Below are positions 12,304 through 25,140 of a stretch of 64,000 bases of DNA, piece after piece. Each line of letters begins with the position of its first letter. Within the stretch, counting starts at the first letter, position 1. Under the pieces are notes generated by a model. That model was not told the origin of the DNA, made no database searches, and was given only the letters and a program-made list of their open reading frames with translations. The stretch covers positions 75,392,001-75,456,000 of the forward strand of contig CM060731.1 in the NCBI GenBank assembly GCA_030704615.1, given 5' to 3'. The DNA is from Takakia lepidozioides. Lineage: Eukaryota; Plantae; Bryophyta. A program made the position numbers and the translations under genes.

Positions 12304-14271
12304 CAAACACATACATTTCGTTCACGGAACCAGGGCAAATGCACATGCCATTCATTGTAAGCGTCTATCTGTGAATTGAAATAAAGTGTGTCAATCATTC
12401 TGAGCTCAAATCTGCCATATTTTCATATTCCTCTTTTTGTGCAGGCATTGCAGACACGGTGCATGGTGGCCCCCTTTGTTTTGTCCACGGTAATAGGCCC
12501 TCTTCCTGCAATCCTCGCCTATAGGACCTGCTTCTCCAGCAGATTTGTGCCGCTCACGCTTCCCTGAAGTGTGAGCTTAGCTCACGCTTTGCAGCTTCAA
12601 CGTGAGCTCAGCTCCCAGGCTCACGGGGCTGGGCTCACGCCGTAGCTACGCTGGTAGAGTTGGATTATTCAAGCCGGTATGGTACTGGTATTAAATGATG
12701 TGCAAATTTGATAGCTTGGTATGGTATATGATATGGTATCAAACTGAAAATCTGACTGGTATGGTATAAACCAAAATTTTAAAAGTCATACCAGCCTGGT
12801 ATGTGCCAGGGTGTGATATCAGCTTCAAGTACATCAAAATTACATTCTGCCCGTTCTTTCTAACTAGCAGCTGTGATAGTTCAAAAAGCGAAACTAGTGC
12901 TTCAAAGAACACATTGCATTTCATCTACTCCTATTCAAACATATTAGCATGATCCCTAATTAGTATCCCTAATGAAAACTACCCTAAACCATACCCCTGC
13001 ATCATCTCCCTCAACTGCGCATGCATGGTATTGGAGTGGTAGCGCGAAGAAGAAGACCAGACTAGTCTGGTTTGCGCTAGGGTTTTAGAAGTCCATGTAC
13101 CCTGCCCCACTAGGGTATTGTCGGGTCTTGCCCTTGCACATACCCGCCTGGTATGAACCTTCATACCATTTACCTTTACCCTAGTTGATACCCGCCCTAG
13201 ACCTATATACCAGTCCAACACTGGTATAAATTATAAACCAGTGTTGGACTCGTTATTGGGTCTAGCCGGGTATCAACCAAGGTATTCAATAACCGACCCG
13301 ACTGGTATTGGCTATTGCAATGCTAGGGTTGATAACTGAACCGCCTGGTATTGAAAATTCCCAATACTTAGGTCAATACCCTGCATAGAACACCATTTTA
13401 ACTAAATCCGGACTTGCAAGGAGTCCAGATTTAATGAAATACGGAGCTAATATGAAGCTAATACAGAGATCAAAATTTAAAATTAGTGTAATTATGTATA
13501 TTTATATTATATAATAATCGTATCATATGAAGTTAATTATTTAAAAATACTAGATCCATTTTTATATTCAATTTCCACTTCGAATGTGAATTCGAACTCA
13601 TTCATATCTATGTTTTGTAGAAAAGATTGCCGTATATTTAATCTTCGAACACTTAGAGCAATGATATAACATTCCGTCAACACAATATTATGAGAAATAT
13701 CCCAAAGTAGAACCAAACACAAAAGAATATCATTCAATCACAAAAGATGTTTATATTTTATTTAAAAAATGAAGCCATGGTTGGTACTAACACATTAATA
13801 TGTCTTGTACCACGTAGTAATACATATGAATATCATCTTATCAAAATAGAAAGTCTATTTTCGACATAAGGCTGATTTGAACCATACTGTACTAGATTCT
13901 TTTTGTTTATATTACAAGACAATGTTCGGGCGTGACCAAGATTCGTAAGATGCTGAATCAGATTCTCCTTGCAATGACGATTCATTTGCAAGACGACTAC
14001 CATGCAAAAGAGGCATAACTTTGTGTCGTCGTTTACTTATAATACCATGTTTCGATGTACACTTGCCGGTGTGAAGACGGTCAAGAAAAATCTCAATATG
14101 ACTTCTGACGCCTGTAGAGATAGTTCTATTCTCGCTATGGTGGAACATAGTACCATCCGAATTAACACTAGCAACAACACTGCGTGAAATTGAAGATGCA
14201 CATGTGCGCGATTCCGATTTCAACAATTGAATTGACCCTTCTTCTGTCGAATGATGCTTCGCAATTCCACC

Positions 14272-15137
14272 TCATGATCCACTGAACACCAAAAAAACAA
14301 ATGAGACACTTCTAAATCGAATTTGAAGTACCATGAAGCCACAAATAAAGAATAATTTAGGAATTAAAGAAAAATAAAATTTGAAAAAATTAGCATGATC
14401 ACCAAGGAAAATTTGTATACCAAGATAGTCAAGTTGAAGAAGACGAGGGTGACGAACAGAAAGATCATCATATCTCCCGAACCAAGACCAGTGTGGATGG
14501 TTCCGACTGATGGAAGGTCGCGCTATCTTGATACAGTTTTCACTTACATAGTCCACCACACTCGAAGCTGTAATCATGTTGTGCATGAACGGCCAAACTG
14601 TCTTGATCATACTTAAATTGTTGTGAATTTGATCCGTGGAGGCACTCTCTCTTGTAGATAATACTTTGAAAGGAAGAGAGAAAAATCTTGTATTCTCTGG
14701 GTTCCTCAGTGTTTTGGACGGCTCATCATCAACTAAGAGAATCTGACCTTGTTTCGCAAAAGGCTTGTTTGCAAACTTTACTAAAACTTTGTCAAGATCT
14801 TTGACTAGGTACTTCATCCCAAACATAATGTAGCCGGACGTAATTGAACAGTGCTCAGCTGACCAAATGAAACAAAACTGTTCAATGATCTCCGTTGGAA
14901 TAAAAGCCTCCAACATTATGAAAAGAACATCATTTTGGGCGCATGACCAAATAGCGACGTAAAATTTGCCATCAACAACTTCAAAAAATCGATTACACCT
15001 GGACGAGGAATTACAAATGGTGTTTCTGGCACTTGGAGTTTTATGCGTCGTCCGGGATATTTAGTTCTCAACAGCTCCAACCCACTTGGAGGAGGTCTGA
15101 AGCACAAAAGACCGTGAACGCTTAATATGATAAGCAT
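14272..15137 (-). pseudogene. FCP1/NIF-like HAD phosphatase homologue, degenerate, frameshifted (cargo)
   Basis: LIILSVHGLL (a decayed DLNGLL motif), VIPRPGVIDFL, F.WSAEHC, KDLDKV, ILLVDDEPSKTLRNPEN. Confidence 0.7.
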
Positions 15138-15735
15138 TCATTTTTTTTGGCCCGAGAGCATTTGGGTAGTTGTGCTCTTGGTGGCGGTCATCTAGATATG
15201 AAAACAAAATATCATTAGTACTGGAAGAAGAACAAAAAAAAAAATGAAAACAAGAAAGCTTCTTTCGGATGACGGACCCTGTGTCGAAGTGTGCATCTGG
15301 ACATGACACGTGCAATGACAAAAAAAATAAAACTTACATTCTTCAAGAAAATATAGAAAGATAATTAGAAATGAGAATAATGTGGATTGAGTTAATACCC
15401 TTTCAGGCTGAGGGCTTAAAGACAACTTAGTCTTTTGGATTTTGGGAGTAAGGAGAACGACGAATCAGCTTCCCGATCTCCATCACTTGTGGAGTGCTTC
15501 AATTCCATCCTCCTTGACATGTCAGGTCTCTCATCTCGAGAAGTACACATTTCAGCACTTGAATTCAATGACTTTGATCTCGTTGACCTGCAAACCGAAC
15601 TATCTGAAAATCTTCGAGAAACTCCACTAGAGAATTCTGTTGTAGGCCGAGTCACTATGCATGGTGCTTTTTTAGAAATTTGAGAGGATGTTGTAGTAAA
15701 AGAATTGTCCCGATGTGGATGTGATCTAATCTCTC

Positions 15736-16030
15736 TTGAGACCACGAAACAATCAGACAGATGCTTGGACATACTCGGCTCAGCAGAAAGTACCCGATCC
15801 AGGATATGGTCGGGTATTCACAATCATCACTTCCACATCTGCTGTTCATGACAGGACCTACGACATCACGGTTTCCAATTTCCCCAATTGCACATGTCCT
15901 GATTTTGTGAATATGCTATCAACCAGTTTGGGCAAGAGAGGTAAATTCATACCCTGCAAACATTTGTATTTCATATTTTTGAGGAGGATGGTTTGCGATC
16001 CCAAACGTGAACATCTTGTGTCCAAAATTC
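15736..16030 (+). pseudogene. SWIM zinc-finger transposase C-terminal fragment (captured)
   Basis: VPDPGYGRVFT...YDITVSNFPNCTCPDFVNM...FIPCKHLYFIF aligns colinearly with the ORF at 11863-12303. Confidence 0.8.
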
Positions 16031-17134
16031 ATTTTCAAAACATTACTTTAACCAGAAACACAAAGAACATTTATATAAAGTCACCTTGTATATGTTACAA
16101 TAGTTACCTTTGCTTCCCGTACTCTCGGCACGGATGAATCCATAAACTGACTTTGCCTCACAATGAAGTGTGGATTCATCCATTCCAAAAGGCTACATTT
16201 TGGACCCTTTGTGATTTGTAAATCAAGTAATGCATCTCCACCAGAGGAACAAGATTTGGGTGGAATACTCTCCATTACGAGACGTCTTCGTGTGCGTTGA
16301 TCCATTTTTTCCTTCTCTGGTATCTAGAAAAAAGAAAAAGAAAAAAGAATTCTTCAACTTCACATGCAACCAATCCAATATGAGGAGCTCAATGGGCATG
16401 AATCAAAACAACTTCAAATATAGCACCTCCCCTTGCGAGATCCGTTGTCGATTGTAAGAAGCAAAGATAACATCATTGTCTAAAATTGGGGCAACCATTG
16501 ACGATCGCGGAAGACCGGTAACAAAGGGCACCGCTTGTACAACCTCCACAGATGATTCCAACAACGGAGCAATCATTGTCGATTGTGGAAGAACATTGTC
16601 AACTGACACTGAATCTTTAACCTCCAAAGATTGATCCGAGATCGGAACAACCTGTGAAATGCATGAGATGTACAAGTTAGAGACAAGACATGTGGATACT
16701 TTGGACCCGGGTCCAAAATGAAGTAAACATAAGATGATGATCGTGGACTAGTGGGGAGATGTGGCACATACTCTCTGAAAGAGATTGAACAGATAACTCG
16801 ACCTATATTGTCTAGTCAAAGAATGATTAGATTCATTTACCTTGACTTCAACATGACTCGGAGAATGCCACTGTAAATCCAAATCAAGAATAGAATAAAA
16901 AATACGTGGCAATCCATCACTACGAAAGCTCTCCACGTCCATATCGATAACATGACCAAAAGTCTTCCTCTCAATGGAGCAAGGGAGACTCGACAGGTCT
17001 TCAAAATCCTTCATCGTCAACATATAGTGAAGCATCATTATATACATGTCAATTTGAACCGCAATTGTCTGTTTGATAGATCGATGGGAATATAAACTTT
17101 GGGGATTGAACAGTGAGATTGAGTAGACCAACTT

Positions 17135-18880
17135 ATGAACTCAAGATGTTTATAGCACAAGATAATATCATATCTTTTATAAATAAATAACAGACCTCCC
17201 ACTATCTCATGTAAAAGATACCTAAGTTCACTCAAACAAGAGTACATTGTTATCCAAAGGAAGCTTTTGAGTGAACTTGGGTATCCTTTATATTACAAAG
17301 TGAGGTGGTTGTTCTCTTAGGGAGGATGTGGTCAATGTCTATGTAAACCTCTTGTCATGCCAAGTCCTACTACATTTCACTTTCATGACAATGATAGTGA
17401 TATTATCTAACAATTATCGAGACATGTATAGAACTTATCAGAAAACAATACGTTGAAACCTCACGTACAAGACCTACATGAGAATTCAATACAGACCAGT
17501 TGGACTTGAATACCTCTATGCCCACTTCAGAAGCCACCGCATCATGTGGAAATATATGACCATGACAACTTTGGTGTTACATGTCATGTGTGAAAGTTGG
17601 GACCAGATTCTCTTTTAATTCCTCCATGCCAGCCTGCAGACAGTCATGTATGCACACCTAAAAACTGAAACAAGAAAAATGAACACACTTCGTACATTGT
17701 TCTAAGTGTATCAACGATGAACTCAAGATGTTTATAGCAATATATAACTAGATAATGGTCATATCTTCTCTAAATAAAGAACGGACCTCCCACTATCGAG
17801 CATGTAAAAGATACCTAAGTTCACTCAAACAATAGTACCTTGTTATCCAAAGGAAGCTTTTGAGTGAACTTGGATATCCTTTACATTACAAAGTGAGGTG
17901 GTTGTTCTCTTAAGGAGGATGTGGTCATTGTCCTATGTAAACCTCTTGCCATGCCAAGTCCTACTACACTTCACTCTCATGATAATGATAATGATATTAT
18001 CCAACAATGGTTCAAACTTGCATAGAACTTATTAGAAAATAATACGTGGGAACCTCACGTACAAGACCTACATGAGAATTCAATACAGACCAGTTGGACT
18101 TGAATACCTCTATGTCCACTTCAGAAGCCACCTCACGTGGAAATATATGACCATGACAACTTTGGTGTTCCATGTCCTGTGTGAAAGTTGGGACCAAATT
18201 CTCTTTCATTTCCTCCATGCCAGCCTGCAGACAGTCATGTATGCACACCTAAAACTGAAACAATGAAAAGAAATACAATACGTACATTGTTCTAAGTGTA
18301 TCAACGATGAACTCAAGATGTTTATAGCATAACTAGATAGGCCAAATCTTCTCTAAATAAAGAAGAGACCTCCAACTATCTCATGTAACAGATACCTAAG
18401 TTTACTCAAACTTGAGTACCTTGCTATCCAAGAGAAGTTTTCAAGTGAACTCGGGTATCCGTGATAGTATAAAGTGAGGTGGTTGTTCTCTTTAGGAAGG
18501 ATGTTGTCACCGTCCTATGTAAACCTCTTGCCATGCCAAGTCCTAGTAGACTTCATTCTCATGACGGTATTAGTGATATTATGTAACAACCATGGTCCAA
18601 ACTTGCATACTAGTACTTATCAGAAAATAATACGTGGAAACCTCACGTACGAGACCTACATGAGAATTCATTACAGACCGGTTGGACTTGAATACCTCTA
18701 TGCCCACTTCAGAAGCCACGTCATGTGGAAATATATGACCATGACAACTTTGGAGTTCCATGTCTAGAATGTAAAAGTTGGGGACACATTCTCCTTTAAT
18801 TCCTCCATGGCTTGCAAACAATCATGTATGCACACCTAAAACTGACACAATAAAAGGGAAGACAATTCGTACATTGTTTC
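17135..18880. repeat. Tandem triplication of a ~585-bp unit
   Basis: ATGAACTCAAGATGTTTATAGCA starts at 17135, 17717 and 18307, and the internal sequence of the three units is colinear. Confidence 0.93.
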
Positions 18881-19490
18881 TGACACATGGAATGCATAAA
18901 TCTATCGAATATTTGTAAGACAATGTGGATGATGATACCAGTCTATTGTTGATGAGGTCATGAGACTGTGGGGACACATTCAATGAAGCCCTTCCCCCGC
19001 TAAGATGGAATTTACCATCTCCGGATGGATAAGGAGAAAATATGATTGATGATCTCTTCATTACCACATTGGAGTTGATTTGAATGGATTCAGCCTCCTT
19101 TGCAGTGTCACAGAATGAGACAAAGTCTAGTACATGACTATGCGGGGGGGTCAAAATCAAGTGATTTCCTCCTCTGGCGACGACAGGATATATGCCAACG
19201 CAACGATGTACCACTTCGAGATGCCCCGGACATTGGATGAATGTCGACTCGCTTGCAGCTGATAAAATATCAATTTCAGACTGATAAAATCCAATGCAAA
19301 AAACCGATGATAGGATCAATATCAATTGTGAGATATGAACTTGAAACCACTACTCATCTGGTTAAGAGCATATGCAAAACAAAAGACATAAAATCATGCT
19401 ACTTCGACCTTAGGTCCAAACGTATCAAATTGATCGATTGATCATTATATTTATCAATAGTCTGGTCTCGGAACACCATAATTAATAGTA

Positions 19491-20252
19491 TCATTTTTTC
19501 GTTTGAGTTTGAAGATACGCAAGAAGTCTCCAAAATTTTGGATCGTCCAAATTTTCATGTGGATCCCTAAACCTGTTCCTCTCAACATATTTCGCCACAG
19601 ACGGAGCTTCCAACAATCCAAGGAGGTATTTCTCAAGCTTTCTAGGCAAACATTTGTCCTTTGCAAATGTTTCGAAGGGTGGAGGGTAAATGCATGACCC
19701 CACGGGATTGATGACACACTTGTATGGGCTATCATCAACAAGGAAAGTGTTTTCCTCATCATATCGACCTTTGCATTTGTCCCACACTCTCCTAAGAGGC
19801 TTAAAAAAAAAAGGGCGAGAAGATTCTGTAGAACTTTTTGCTACGTTGAAGTTTCTGGGAGCAATATTGGCTGGACAAACAATGCAATCGTCCTGCGACA
19901 TAACAAAAATATGCTATGGCAAACCTTCAAAAAGCCTCTTGACAATTGGCATGAGGTTCTGGGGTATCATACAACTCCAGATAGCTAGATCGAAGGAATC
20001 ACTCAGAGAACGCCATAATTTATCATAGTGCTCGCGTCGGTATACCATCCTATTGCCAATAACTAGGGAATATCTGAAATCCTTTTTCGCCTTGGAATTT
20101 TTCTTCGTGTGGTGACCACTATCAAATCTCTGAGTGTGGCAAAGCACACCATTCAGGTCAAATACAATCAGTATTCTTTTCGGGACACTTTGCACTTCGT
20201 CAAGTGGTCGCTGAGGCTCATTCTGGTAAAAGGTGAAACCCCAAATAAACAA
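19491..20252 (-). pseudogene. FCP1/NIF-like HAD phosphatase homologue with one in-frame stop (cargo)
   Basis: LIVFDLNGVLCH, FDLAIWSCM, SQDDC, FFFKPLRRVW, NTFLVDDSPYKCVINP. The two ORFs are in the same frame across a TAG at 19914. Confidence 0.82.
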
Positions 20253-22378
20253 GTTAGTGAGAAGCTTAGGTTAATATAGAATATTCAACAACAAATCATC
20301 GCATCAGAAGAAAATGAACAAAAAGAATGAAATCACATGGGGACATTGTACATGTAATTTCAAATTTGGAGATGTCTAATTCGTGAAATAGCCTTCGCAG
20401 CATCTGCCATTGCCTCTAGATTCTTTACCCATTCATCAAACTCGTTCGGCTTCGGCCACTTGAAATCCCACAACTTCAAGAACTTAAAGTTGAGGATCGC
20501 TCCAGTATAATGACTCTGAGAGCCCGATCCGGTTATGCTTGTTATAAACACAAGCATCCAACCCAGACCTTCGAAGGTTCCTCAAGAATGGCTTGAATTC
20601 TCCAATGAGGAAATTGTCTCGAGAAAGATCATTCTGTAGCCTCAAACTTAATATCTAGAAACACAACCAAAGCTGTGGGATTTAAGTATTACTTGTACAC
20701 GCAGTCTCAAGAGTTTGACCTATAGACATCGGGCTTTTCCTCTGAAAATATACCGTATAACTTCTTTAGATATATCGGGGAAAATTGTCCCATTTCACCG
20801 CGAAGGTTAACCGATGCTTAACGCAATTTTCACTGATGTACGTCCTTACCCTATCAAAGTCCTTTCCAAATATTGCTTTAGTTAAAGTTACAACATTATT
20901 TTCAGGACCAATGTTCCAACCTATAACAAAGAACCTTCTCAGTAGCCAATGCAAGAACTCGAAGAGACAATGTCAAATCACCATTTTGAACTTCCATAAG
21001 TAACACATGGAGCCGTTGCAGGGGGATGTCGAGACCCATTGACACGGAATCTATCGCATAAGAACCCAAAATTGAGAACTACAGCATAGTATAGAGGTCT
21101 TGAACCATTGGGACCTAGTGACAAAGCAAAAAATCCTCGGGCATCACAACCCTGTCAAGATCATTGGGCTCAGGAAATATCATGTCATCTTGTCTATTGA
21201 ACACAAAGGCTTATTACTTAGCATCAATAAGGTCTATCAATAGTGTAGAACACCAAGGGCCTCTACACTACACGTACGTATGATACAATGATGAAATTGA
21301 CTTTTTACTTCCATCAAAAAATTTAATAGTTTTAAAGAAGGGCCGGCGTATGATTCCTAAATGTCAGATAAGGGTGTAGCGCTTTACCAGCTTTGGAGTT
21401 GTTCGACACTGCTGCCCAGTTTGCTCATTTATCTGTTGTTCTGGAGGTTGTTGCGCATGTTGTTGTGCCACTTCGTCTGGAATGCCAGGGGGAGATCCTT
21501 TCTCCACAAGAGATACTGTTTCTGTCTCGTCGATATGCTGCTGCGACATCAATTGCAGCACTCGTGCAACAGATGTATTACGTGTCTGGATTGGTTGTGG
21601 ATTGAGGTTGATTTCCGGCCTACATGATTGTCCTCCAACAACTAAACCTTGAGAATCTGATGGTGTTGCTACCTATAGTTCGGTCTCACTTTTCCGCCCT
21701 ATCTCTGAGGGTGACTCATTTGAATCTGTGAGGTGCACCTATAATACACAATCTCAGCTGTATGGCTTAACAAATATTTTGCCAACGATGGGCTTAAAAA
21801 AGATAAGTGGGAAAACCCCCGACAAGATAATATTTTGCAATGTGTAGAAATTGTACTCATAAATAACAATCTATCTTATCAATGTGGCTCTTGATTAGAG
21901 ATCTCACATACTTCAGTAACTAGCGTTACAGCATTATCTGCATGAGCCACTCCATGGCTTGTAGGGGACCCTTCCCTCCGCCACTTCAATGGCATGGGAG
22001 ATCGAAATTCCACAGGACCATCTCCGTCAGCTGGAGTAAAACCCTCATCGGCCACTTGCCCAAAATCAATGTCTTCATCCTCATTGTTGTCCTCTATGAC
22101 AGTAAATTCCTTTGGGGTGGAGGACAATGCTAGTGGCCCGGCTTCCTCTGCAGTATCTTGAGTAACATCATCTGGCATAGAAAACAAAGCCAGAGGAAGA
22201 CCAGTTGGCGTAGGTGGGATCGTATTGCCAACAATGCTGTCAAAATCCATGTTCAAATCGGTGCTCAACTGCCTTAACGGATACATCCAGGTCCCCTCGT
22301 TAAGCCTGCCATGAGCCCCCATTTCTTCTAGATCTCCTCGAGCTACAGCGCCACCACTCCAACCGTTATGAACATCGA

Positions 22379-25140
22379 TCAGTCTAGCTCGGGTGGCACT
22401 ACCTTCTGTAACTTGAGGTGAGGTACTCCTAGCTTGGACCTCAAGAGCTTTGTCTCACCGTCGTCACTATCCTCGGCTCCGGAGTCGCTGGAGTCACTTG
22501 TATTGTAGCTGGCGACCAACTCCCTACCACCCTCCTCTGGTGGGTTGTGCACGCCATGCTGACTCCCAGCGGAGCTCGGTTCCCCTTCGAGTGGACCCAT
22601 CTCTTTGTCATGTATCGATAAGTGTCGGAACTTGGCTTCAACCCTCTGTCTACAGAGGTCTTTCCGGTCGTTGACGTTGAAGTCAACGACGCAAACTTGA
22701 AAGGCCTGAGGGATAAACACAACTTATTAATGTGTGAGCATAAAACAAGCAAGTATTAGACATCGAACAAGATGACTCTCTACTAACTTCGGACCAGGGT
22801 CCGAACTGGTGAATACTAAAAAATTAAGCTGAAGTGAGGAATGGCGTACAATGGATGGGGAAGCAAATAGTGAGCTCTTAGGGATATTGCAACAATATAT
22901 GCAAATTATGGCTATGAATCTTACGTGGAGATGGCAAGAAAGTGCAGGACCCCCAAAAATATTGACAGCTGCCATTCCAGTCGTTCAGAACAAAGAGGCA
23001 ATGTAAGCGGAAGCGGAGCTTCTCAGTTCTTGAGGATACGTCTTCAAACTCAGCTCAAAATTTGTCATGGCCTCATCTGTACCCCTCAATATGGTCTGAA
23101 TGGGTGTGGTTCTTAGGCACCGCGCAATATGCTCGTCTGGTCGCTCAAACTCGGTGGGTGTGATAGGAAACACATAGTCTAAACAGAGGAAAGGGTTGGA
23201 CAATCCAAAGGAACATAACTTGTAACCCGGCTCCTTCGCACCAGGGAAATATAACCCTTGAACACAAAGAAATCTCTTGGCTCCCTCTCCACTCCTAAAT
23301 GTAGTATCTGAGATGGGCGGAAGATGTTGGGTTTGACATGAATACAAAGGCAGTGCAATTAATCGGCTTGGATTTAAATGCGTTTAGGATTGTTGAGTAA
23401 TCCATGGTAGACCAGACCACAGAATCGTCATCCGCAAGAGTGTTCACGAAGACAAGGCTTACGCTTGAAAACTCATCCTTGTGGAGATATGAGAGTTTTG
23501 CCTTGAGGTCACTTGCTTTCTCCTCGACACCCCGCATGAAATAAACCTTCTTAAAATTTGTCATCATTGCATTTGTTCTCCCATCATTCTCCTCAATGCT
23601 CTTCTTCAAAGCCTTAACCTCCGTTATAAATGCTCCGGGAATGTCCTTTCAAAGATTGTTCTTGTGTCCCTTGCTAGAGAGATAATCCGACCCAAGCTTC
23701 CCTCGGAGTAAATCAAACTGTACTTTGTCAATCTTGTTTTTTAACGTCAAGCCACAACTCTCTAGCATAAGGGTTGGGATTAATTTTTGTTCTTAAAGGA
23801 AATCCGAAGACTGTCATGATGTTGTCAATCACAAACCTCTTGTCCTTCATATGCGCCATATAACTCACTATGCTCTCAATTGAAGGGTCTTTCCCTTTGT
23901 ATGGACATTTGACGGTTAGCTGACAATTGAGGATCTTCTCGGCCAGCTTGAGAAGTTGCCGCTCGGAGAGCCCCTGAATAATCCTCAGCTAACTCTAGTT
24001 AAGTGGTGTATGTTCACCTTTGCAAGGTTTACCATGTTGGTCAATTAGATGACCAGCCTCCCATTTTTTGAAAACCGCTTGCCACTTGTCCCAAATGTTT
24101 TATGTGGCTAGAATAAGAACCATAGCTTCCTTCACACTCGACGACTCCAGGATAATGTGGACAGCTTGCATAAATTCCTATAAGATGCATTTATGTATTA
24201 GTACTCGTTTCAGCCAAGCTAATGACCAAATCAGCATGAGACATTAAAAAAAATGTAGGTCAAGTCCTGGGATCCTACCACCCATTGAGTGGTCTCTTCT
24301 TTTGAGTTACGCTCGTTATGTTTTGTTGGCCGGCTCTATAGCTCGTAAAAAAGTTGGCAATGTGCGACCTCCTCAGGAAATGTAATATTAAATTTCTGGG
24401 CCTTGTTTGGATCGTTTAGAAGTTTTGAAATCTTCATAAGGCGAAGCGCGTCATCTGACCAGACGATCTTGGTCGGCCAATTGTTGTAATAGTTCTTCAG
24501 CTCCTCGTTGTCCACCTCCAAGATTAGCTCTTGCAACCAACTCAAAATATGAGGAAGCAATGGACTTCGAAATAGGGTCCGAAGAGGTACTACTGTATAT
24601 TTGATTTAGCTACAACAATAGCAAATGACATATTCAAGCGTGGGACTGCATGAATTGGTACCTTCGCAGCAATTATGGTGTGTTGCCCACCAATAACAAA
24701 GAATTTGGCATCCTTCACTTCATCCCACCTCTCTGGCTTTTCCGGCCACACTAGACTATTGTCATTGGGATGCATTGGTGCTACGTAGACATGGTGTTTT
24801 GAATCAAGGACCCGGAGCTTTAAAAGCCTAGCTTTGATCTCATCCTTGTGTTTGTTATTTAGGGGCCTGTAGACCATCTGTCAGGGTGCTTGCTCCATAC
24901 TCAAAATAGGAATGGAATGGGTCTCTTCAAACCCAAAGGGAAATAAGTCCCCATATTTTTGAGAGCTCCTTCTCAATTGCCTCACATTTAGCTTTGTCAT
25001 ATATCTCCCCAGTTTTCGGTTTCTTGTCGCTTGAGAATACTGGGTCAAGCGGGGGCTTAGAGTTTCTCTTCGGCTTCGGAGGTGGAGTAATTTCGGCCCG
25101 TCCACACTGTCCATAATTGACGAGAGCATTAGATACAAGG
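22379..25140 (-). pseudogene. ParB-like N-terminal domain plus degenerate methyltransferase-like fold (cargo, decayed multi-exon gene)
   Basis: RPLNNKH...FFVIGGQHTIIAAK resembles the ParB/Srx GxHR region. The downstream SLVFVN..W..DY and YPQELRS...ASLF*TTGMAAVNIFGGP resemble eroded motifs IV and X/I. Confidence 0.45.

Larger units (their letters stand above)
4962..12652. mobile_element. Mutator-like cargo-carrying DNA transposon (7.7 kb, internally deleted)
   Basis: 11-bp TSD GGTAGAGTTGG (4951-4961, 12653-12663). GGGGG...CT termini and inverted GTGAGC/GCTCAC subterminal clusters, as in the 820-bp element. Contains a GCM-like plus SWIM transposase remnant. Confidence 0.75.
4899..13223. mobile_element. 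hAT-type MITE 1 (~623 bp net), split by the Mutator-like insertion at 4962-12652
   Basis: Degenerate left TIR AAGAGTTGGACTGG and right TIR CCAGTCCAACACTG. 8-bp TSD GTATAAAC/GTATAAAT. GGTAT/ATACC subterminal motifs. Net size matches the uninterrupted relative at 59886-60498. Confidence 0.72.

Noticed and set aside
20360-22322. Further minus-strand cargo ORF remnants
   Set aside because: They look coding but are fragmented and have no motif I can recognise, so no product was assigned.
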